A stretch of 64,000 nucleotides of DNA from Capsulimonadales bacterium (GTDB lineage: Bacteria; Armatimonadota; Armatimonadia; Armatimonadales; Armatimonadaceae), in contig JANRLW010000014.1 in assembly GCA_033762295.1 (NCBI GenBank), positions 14,131 to 78,130 on the forward strand. Direction: 5' to 3'. How positions within the stretch are numbered: the first letter of the stretch is position 1; every line of letters starts with the position of its first letter. The translations under genes were made by a program, and so were the position numbers. The notes beneath the pieces are model-generated. The model made no database searches, was not told where the DNA came from, and saw nothing but the letters and a program-made list of their open reading frames with translations. Positions 57,636-64,000 of the stretch are shown here, one piece after another.

Positions 57636-58964
57636 ATGTATCCTCCTTTCCCACCCGCGATGGTCGCTTCCGTTCCGAACACGGAGCCGATCATTGCCCT
57701 GACGCCGGAGACGGCCGTCGCCCTTGCCTTGAAAAGAAACCCGGATCTGGCGGCCGCCGTCGCTCTGGTCGAGGCCGCGCGCGGTCAGGTGGCCGAGGCA
57801 CGCGCCGCTCTGAACCCCGGTCTGACCGTCAGCGGGGCCGTGACCGGACTGGACCGCCGACAGACGGCGTCCATCACCCTTCCCGAATTTCCGACGTTCT
57901 CCTTCACCACCGCGCCGAAAGACCAGAGCCAGTTTCTCGTGACCGCCGATCTCCCCCTCGATATCACCGGACAGATCCGTGCCGGAATCCGTCGTGCGGG
58001 AATCGGTCACCTCGCGGCCGAACGCCAGGAGGACGCCGCCCGGAACCGCATCGGTTCCGCCGTACGGGATGCCTACTTTACCGTCCTTCAGGCGCAGGAA
58101 CTCGTACGGGTCGCCGAGGAGACCGTCGCCAACGCCGAGGAGCGGGAACGGACGGCGGAGTCCTACGTACGGGCGGGAACGGCAACCCGATTCGAAACTC
58201 TGCGAGCGGCGACGGAAACGGCCAATGCCCGACAGAGTCTGCTGACCGCTAAAAACCGGGTGACTCTGTCCCTGGCGGCGCTGGCGACCACGCTGGGTAT
58301 TCCGCAGACACAGTCGGTTACCCTGGCCGAATCCATGGCCGAGCCGGGCGTACTGCCGGCGTTCGAGGAGGCCCTTGCCGAAGCGGAACGTCGTCGCCCC
58401 GAACTGCTCGCCGCTCAGGAATCGATTCGATCGGCCGAGGTGGACCGGCGACTGGCGGCGGGCAGCGACGATCCCACGCTCGGTGTCGGCGCACAGTATC
58501 AGCACAGTCCCCGTCCGGGGTTCGGGCAGGCGCGGGACCTGACCGCCGTCTCCCTCCGGCTGACGATTCCGATCCTGGATCGGGGAATCCGTCGCGCCCG
58601 TGACGTTCAGGCGGAGGCGCGATGGGTCGCCGCCCGCCGTTCCTATGACGCCGTCCGGGACCGGGTGGCGCTCGAGGTCCGCCAGGAATGGCTCGCGCGG
58701 CAGGAGGCCGAAGAGCGGCTGAAGGTCGCCACCGCTGCGGTGACGCAGGCGGAGGAGCAGTACCGACTGGCCCGAAACCGGTACCGTGCCGGGGTCAACC
58801 TGCGAAGCGACCTTTCGTCACCATTGCTCGAGATCAGCGATGCGCAGATCGCCCTGACTCAGGCGCGGACCAATCTGGTCCAGTCTCGTTACGATGTTTT
58901 GCGGACCCAGGCCCGTCTGGAAGGCGCTCTGGGCCGATTTTCACGCCCGGAGGTGCAGCCATGA
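57636..58964 (+). CDS. TolC-family outer-membrane efflux protein
   Basis: ALALKRNPDL, two OEP repeats, ARNRYRAG; no classical signal peptide. Confidence 0.85.
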   Translation: MYPPFPPAMVASVPNTEPIIALTPETAVALALKRNPDLAAAVALVEAARGQVAEARAALNPGLTVSGAVTGLDRRQTASITLPEFPTFSFTTAPKDQSQFLVTADLPLDITGQIRAGIRRAGIGHLAAERQEDAARNRIGSAVRDAYFTVLQAQELVRVAEETVANAEERERTAESYVRAGTATRFETLRAATETANARQSLLTAKNRVTLSLAALATTLGIPQTQSVTLAESMAEPGVLPAFEEALAEAERRRPELLAAQESIRSAEVDRRLAAGSDDPTLGVGAQYQHSPRPGFGQARDLTAVSLRLTIPILDRGIRRARDVQAEARWVAARRSYDAVRDRVALEVRQEWLARQEAEERLKVATAAVTQAEEQYRLARNRYRAGVNLRSDLSSPLLEISDAQIALTQARTNLVQSRYDVLRTQARLEGALGRFSRPEVQP

Positions 58965-60460
58965 ATCGTCGTCTTGTCGTCAGTTCGGTCAGCGTTCTCG
59001 TGGTTTCCGGTGTCGCCGGAGCCCTTTACTTACGAAATTTTGCCCGGGCGCAGGATTCGGACGTCCGCAAAAAGTCGGTGACGGCGGAAAATCCCCGGCT
59101 CCGGGTGGAAACCGTGGTCTCCGAAACGACGCGCCGGGCGGCGACGATCCGCCTGACCGGTAGGATCGAGGCCGACCGGGTTTCGGAGGTGGCGGCGGAG
59201 GCGGCCGACCGTGTCCTTGCCCGGCTGGCAAACCGGGGAGACCGGGTCACCGGCGGGGCGATTCTCATCGAATTGAACCGGGATCTGGCCCGGGCGGCGC
59301 TCCGTCAGGCGGAAGCGGCGGCGGAACGCGCTGCGGCCGCCCGTCACCAGACGGAGGCGGAACTGGCGCGGGCGACGGTCGAAACCCGTGCCGCACTGTC
59401 CCAGGCGCTGGCGCAGCGGGAAACGGCGCGCGCCGCCGAACAAAAAGCCCGGTCGTTTACCCGGTCCCAGGAACTGGCTCAGGCGGAAGCCGCTCTGGTC
59501 GCCGTCCGTGCCGAGGAAACCCTTGCCCGCAAGGACTACGACCGCTACGAACTGCTGGTGAAGGAGGATACGCTTCCCCGGCAGACGCTGGATCGCGCCC
59601 GGGCCGCGCTCGATGCCGTGGTCGCCCGGAGGGAATCGGCCGAGCAGACCGTCTCGCTGGCCAGGGAAGGCGCTCGTGCCGAGGATATCGCGCAGGCCGC
59701 CGCGCAGGTGACGGCCGCGGAAGCCGGGGTCGAAGCCGCGCGAACACGACCTCAGCGGTTGGAGGTGATTCGCCGCCAGGTGGAAGCGCTTCGCGCCCAG
59801 GAACGGGAGGCGCGCGCGGGGGTGGAGCAGGCCCGTATCGCTCTCTCGAAACGAACCGTTCGCGCTCCGTTCGACGGACGGGTGCTGGAAACGCTGGTCG
59901 AGCCGGGAGAGATGGTCTCGCCGGGGCGGACCGTCCTGCGACTGGCCGATGTACGGACGGTCAAGGCGGTGTTCGCCCTTCCCGAAGCCTACCGTGACCG
60001 TCTGTCCGTCGGTCAGAGAATCGAGATCACCGCCGATGGCGTGCCCGGCCAACGGTTCGCCGGGGTGGTTCGGGTGGTAGGCCATGAAGCGGACGCGGCG
60101 GCGCGAACCTTCGCGGTCGAGATCGAGATCGTCAATCCGGAGGAACGGCTTCTTCCCGGAATGGTGGCGCGAATCGCTCTGCCGCTGGCTCCGAAGGGTG
60201 ATCGCCCGAGGGTCACGATTCCGGTCTCCGCGATCGCCTCCGATGGGACACGGAGCTATGTCTTCCGTATCGAGGGCGGGTATGCGCGTCGCCGGGACGT
60301 GACTCTCGGGGAGCCGGTCGGTAAGGATCGCGTCGAGATCGTCCGCGGACTGTCCGGCGGAGAACCGATCGCCGCCGCGCCACAGCGCCTGACCGACAAT
60401 GCGGCGGTCGAAGCCGCCGGAAACGGTTCCGAAATATCGACAGGGGAGGTGGCCCGATGA
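58961..60460 (+). CDS. RND periplasmic adaptor (MFP) with extended alpha-hairpin
   Basis: N-terminal TM, GDRV, VRAPFDG..GEMV, LLPGM, GLSGGE. Confidence 0.9.
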   Translation: MNRRLVVSSVSVLVVSGVAGALYLRNFARAQDSDVRKKSVTAENPRLRVETVVSETTRRAATIRLTGRIEADRVSEVAAEAADRVLARLANRGDRVTGGAILIELNRDLARAALRQAEAAAERAAAARHQTEAELARATVETRAALSQALAQRETARAAEQKARSFTRSQELAQAEAALVAVRAEETLARKDYDRYELLVKEDTLPRQTLDRARAALDAVVARRESAEQTVSLAREGARAEDIAQAAAQVTAAEAGVEAARTRPQRLEVIRRQVEALRAQEREARAGVEQARIALSKRTVRAPFDGRVLETLVEPGEMVSPGRTVLRLADVRTVKAVFALPEAYRDRLSVGQRIEITADGVPGQRFAGVVRVVGHEADAAARTFAVEIEIVNPEERLLPGMVARIALPLAPKGDRPRVTIPVSAIASDGTRSYVFRIEGGYARRRDVTLGEPVGKDRVEIVRGLSGGEPIAAAPQRLTDNAAVEAAGNGSEISTGEVAR

Positions 60461-63400
60461 AAAACGGAATGTCCTCCGGGACCGAAACCGGTCCCGGTCT
60501 TACCCGTCTCGCCTTTCACTACCGACCGGTGACCTACCTTCTGACCGTTCTGCTGATGGCGGTGGGTCTCTTCGGCTTGTTTTCCATGCCCCGCCGCGAG
60601 GACCCCGACTTTCAGCCACGTTTCGTACGCGTGCTGGCGTACTATCCCGGCGCTTCCGCCGCCCAGGTGGAGGAACTGGTGACGCAAAAGATCGAGCGTT
60701 CCTTACGGGAGATCGATGATGTCGGCACGGTGGAAAGCACTTCCCGTCCGGGCGTCGCCATCCTGATGATCGAGGGTGCCGACCGAATGACCGGCTCGAT
60801 CAAAAAATGGCAGGATGATATTCGCCACCGGGTCAGCGATCTGCGCCCGTCCCTGCCCCCCGGCGTCGTGAAAGTGGAAACGGACGACCGGATTTCCGAG
60901 ATTTCGGCTCTGATCTTCGGCATCAGCCGTCCGGACGCGTCGTCGGCCGACCTGGAGCGTGACGCCAAACGCCTGCGGGACCGACTGGTCCTGCTGCCGG
61001 AAGTTTCGGAAGCGAAAGTGATCGGAGAACATCCGGAAGTCATCACGGTGACCGTCTCCTCGCAGCGGCTGTCGGCGATGGCCCGCGCGGTGACGGTCGA
61101 TGGGATCGCGAACGCCATCGGGCGTCGAAACATCCTGCCCCATACGGGCGGGGACCTTCCGTCCGGCGATACACGCCTGAATCTCGCGCCGACCGGCGAT
61201 GTACGGTCGGTGGAGGACCTGGAGTCCACCGTCGTCGGAATGGCGAACGGCGCTCCGGTCTACCTGCGGGATGTCGCCGTCGTACGCCGAGGGTACGCCG
61301 ATCCGCCCGCCTTTCTGATGCGTGTCAACGGAGAACGATCGGTCGGTGTTACCGTGACCATGCGAAAGGGCAGGAGTATCGCCGAACTGGGAGAACGGGC
61401 GGAGAAGGTCGTCCATGAGGTCGAGTCGGAACTGCCGTCGGGAACGACCATCCGAACGATGAACAATCTGCCGCGATCGGTCGAATGGCGGGTGGAAGGT
61501 TTCTTTCACGAGCTGCGTCTGGCCGTCGGGATCATCGCGGTCGTCATGTTCCTGTTTATGGGATTGCGTTCCTCGCTGCTGGTCGGAGCCATGCTTCCGA
61601 TCTCGATGCTCGGGACATTCGCCGCCATGTGGCTGACCGGCCGCGAAATCCAGCAGATGAGTATCGCCGCCCTGATCATCGCCCTCGCGCTGGTGGTCGA
61701 CAACAGCATCGTCATTCTGGACAATATCGAGGAGAAGATGTCGGCCGGACAAAATCGGGAGGAAGCGGCGATTCTGGGCGCGGAGGAGTTGACCCGACCG
61801 ATGATCAGTTCGAATCTGGTCGCCATACTCTCCTTTTTACCGCTCGCCTTCCTTCCCGGACCGGTCGGTGATTTCGTCAAGGACCTGGGAATCGTCACCG
61901 CCCTGTCGCTGGTCGTCTCCGTCCTGATCAACCTGACCATCATGCCGATCCTGTGCCTGTATTTCCTGAAGCCGGTACACGGTTCGGGTAATCCGATTCA
62001 ACGGTTTCTGGATCGGGGCGTCGACAGTCTGCGCGAGGGAAAGGCGTCCCTGGCTTCGTGGAGTTTTCGTCGACCGGGCCTGGTCGTCGGCATCGCCGCC
62101 GTGCTTCTTCTCGGCGCGGTCAGCCTGATTCCGAAACTCGGTCAGCAGTTTTTCCCGCTGGCCGAACGCGATCAGTTCGTCGTGGATGTCTGGCTTCCGG
62201 AGGGACGGGATATCGCGGCGACGGCGCGCACGGTGACCCGCGTGGAAAACATACTGCGCCAGCAGAAAGGTATCACCGGCTTTGCCTCGTACATCGGACA
62301 GGGCGGGCCTCACTTCTATTACAATATAATCGCGGAGACGCCCGCACCCCACTACGCCCAGATTATCGTCAACACCGAAAACATCGAGGAGACCGCCCGT
62401 CTCGTCCCGATCGTCCAGGCGGAAGCGATGCGAACGATCGCCGAGGGACGGGTCAACGCCAAGAAACTGGAGCAGGGGCCGCCGATCGGCGCGCCGATCG
62501 CCCTTCGCATCTCCGGCGAGTCCGTGCCGGAACTGCGTCGAATCGCGGAGGAGGTCCGAACGGTCCTGAATACGACGCCGGGGGCGTTTTCCGTTTACGA
62601 TAATTACGGGGCGATTCCTCTGCAGATGAAGGTCGACGTCGATCAGGATCGAGCCGCGGCCTTCGGGCTGTCCTCCGCGCAGGTCGCGCAGCAGGTTCGG
62701 CTCGCGTTCACCGGTCAGACCGTGTCCTACCTGCGGGTCGGGGATCGCGAGATTCCGATCGATCTGCGACTCCGGTCCGACGAGCGACAGGGGGTGACCG
62801 ATCCGGCCAGTCTGTATCTGATCAGTCCGACCGCCGGGGCGTTGCCGATCGGCAATCTCGCCCGGATCGGATTCGCTCCGGAGGAGGGCGCGATCATCCG
62901 CCGCGACGGCGAGCGGACGGTGACCGTCTTCGCCTATTCGGACGGCAGTCGGCTGCCGTCGGTGGTGCTGGCGGACGCGAGAGAGCGTCTTCGAAATCTG
63001 CGCCTTCCGGCCGGGTACCGGCTGGCGTTCGGTGGGGAGTCGGAAGAGACCGGCAAATCGTTCGGGGATATGATCGTCGTTTTCAGCGCGGCGATGGTAT
63101 TCAATGTCGTGATTCTCGTGGTCCAGTTCAACTCCTTCCCGCTGGTTCTGGCGATTTTATCGTCCGTTCCGCTCGGAATCATCGGGGCGGTGCCGGGCCT
63201 CTATCTGGCAAAGCAGAACTTCGGTTTCATGGCCTTCCTGGGGATCGCCGCTCTGGGAGGGATCGTCACCAACCATACGGTCTTCCTGTTCCACTATGCG
63301 CAGGAGGAGAGGAGATTGCAGGGAGTGAGCATGGCGGAGGCGCTGGTGGACGCCTCGCGCCGCCGATTGCGGCCGATCCTTCTGACCGTGCTGCTGTCGG

Positions 63401-63612
63401 TCGGCGCGTTGCTTCCGCAGGCCATCAGTGGCGGGAATCTCTGGCCGCCGCTGGACTGGGCGATCATTTCCGGGCTGATGGTATCCACCTTCCTGACAAT
63501 GATCGTCGTTCCAAGCGTCTATGCACTGCTGGCGCGGCGGGAAATCCGGGCTACGGAGGCGGTTCTGCCCGTAACTTCGGCCCCCGGTCTGCCGCCGCCG
63601 GCCATGCCGTAG
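60457..63612 (+). CDS. RND efflux permease (AcrB-like)
   Basis: 1051 aa; YPGASAAQVEELVT, LVVDNSIV, RLRPILLT. Confidence 0.95.
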   Translation: MKNGMSSGTETGPGLTRLAFHYRPVTYLLTVLLMAVGLFGLFSMPRREDPDFQPRFVRVLAYYPGASAAQVEELVTQKIERSLREIDDVGTVESTSRPGVAILMIEGADRMTGSIKKWQDDIRHRVSDLRPSLPPGVVKVETDDRISEISALIFGISRPDASSADLERDAKRLRDRLVLLPEVSEAKVIGEHPEVITVTVSSQRLSAMARAVTVDGIANAIGRRNILPHTGGDLPSGDTRLNLAPTGDVRSVEDLESTVVGMANGAPVYLRDVAVVRRGYADPPAFLMRVNGERSVGVTVTMRKGRSIAELGERAEKVVHEVESELPSGTTIRTMNNLPRSVEWRVEGFFHELRLAVGIIAVVMFLFMGLRSSLLVGAMLPISMLGTFAAMWLTGREIQQMSIAALIIALALVVDNSIVILDNIEEKMSAGQNREEAAILGAEELTRPMISSNLVAILSFLPLAFLPGPVGDFVKDLGIVTALSLVVSVLINLTIMPILCLYFLKPVHGSGNPIQRFLDRGVDSLREGKASLASWSFRRPGLVVGIAAVLLLGAVSLIPKLGQQFFPLAERDQFVVDVWLPEGRDIAATARTVTRVENILRQQKGITGFASYIGQGGPHFYYNIIAETPAPHYAQIIVNTENIEETARLVPIVQAEAMRTIAEGRVNAKKLEQGPPIGAPIALRISGESVPELRRIAEEVRTVLNTTPGAFSVYDNYGAIPLQMKVDVDQDRAAAFGLSSAQVAQQVRLAFTGQTVSYLRVGDREIPIDLRLRSDERQGVTDPASLYLISPTAGALPIGNLARIGFAPEEGAIIRRDGERTVTVFAYSDGSRLPSVVLADARERLRNLRLPAGYRLAFGGESEETGKSFGDMIVVFSAAMVFNVVILVVQFNSFPLVLAILSSVPLGIIGAVPGLYLAKQNFGFMAFLGIAALGGIVTNHTVFLFHYAQEERRLQGVSMAEALVDASRRRLRPILLTVLLSVGALLPQAISGGNLWPPLDWAIISGLMVSTFLTMIVVPSVYALLARREIRATEAVLPVTSAPGLPPPAMP

Positions 63613-63617
63613 ACACG

Positions 63618-63674
63618 AAACCGTTCCCGCCGACCGTCAGCCGGAACTATGCTGACGGTCGGCGGGAACGGTTT
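63618..63674. terminator. Bidirectional terminator, 24-bp stem
   Basis: AAACCGTTCCCGCCGACCGTCAGC-N9-GCTGACGGTCGGCGGGAACGGTTT followed by T-tract. Confidence 0.85.
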
Positions 63675-63694
63675 TTTGTTATTCCGAAATTTCG

Positions 63695-64000
63695 TTATTG
63701 CAGCGATACGGCCTGGATTCCCAGATGGTTCTCCGCGTCATCCGTCGGTTTTTTCAGTTCCCAGACGACGTTCATCCGGTCCCGATCCCGATCGGACTGA
63801 AACGAGATGGTATAGATGCGACTGGACGTTCCATCGGAGGCGACGTCCTCCTTCATCGTCACGATCGGGCGTCCGGCGCCCTGTTCCAGTTTCGCGGTCA
63901 ACCCGGTTTCGGCGTTTTTCGACTGCACGTAGAGCCGGAGAATCCGCTCCTTTCGCGTGGCGGGAACCGAAAAGGAAAAGCGGTTGTCGGCCCCGGTGGT
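63695..64000 (-). CDS. C-terminal part of hypothetical beta-sandwich protein (starts outside window)
   Basis: Frame open to window end: ..FSFSVPATRKERILRLYV..YTISF..VVW..LGIQAVSLQ*. Confidence 0.6.
   Translation of the reverse strand, partial: TTGADNRFSFSVPATRKERILRLYVQSKNAETGLTAKLEQGAGRPIVTMKEDVASDGTSSRIYTISFQSDRDRDRMNVVWELKKPTDDAENHLGIQAVSLQ

Overview
GC-rich (~65% by eye) bacterial chromosome segment spanning the replication origin. The gene content (SepF, FlgM, TolC/RND, DUF1559 prepilin plus small partner, PhyH pair) suggests a diderm Terrabacterium, probably Armatimonadota; this is an inference. Core: dnaA (48782-50641) followed by an oriC (~50690-51150) with 12 perfect DnaA boxes and a DnaA-trio unwinding element. 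dnaN, rpmH and gidAB are not adjacent. parAB and six parS sites (two inside CDSs) all lie on the left arm. Housekeeping genes: gatCA, glyQS, eno, yggS-sepF-proC, pstS-pstC/A(fused)-pstB-phoU with a Pho box, an aspartokinase with a separate ACT-ACT gene, a truncated atp operon ending at atpA, purSQ and plsY. Accessory loci: DUF4402 pilin/chaperone/usher-like cluster, NfeD-flotillin, secreted proteins, TetR-TolC-MFP-RND. Most intriguing: (1) a non-DnaA motif GCAAACA fused to DnaA boxes as an identical 20-mer four times in a dyad-symmetric oriC and repeated upstream of the dnaA promoter; (2) two near-identical sigma-54 promoters driving unannotated small transcripts; (3) two predicted outer-membrane proteins with a shared 'PPA[IM]V' N-terminus instead of a classical signal peptide; (4) a separately encoded aspartokinase beta-like subunit; (5) strong CGATCG enrichment. 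No rRNA, tRNA, CRISPR array or mobile element was recognised.
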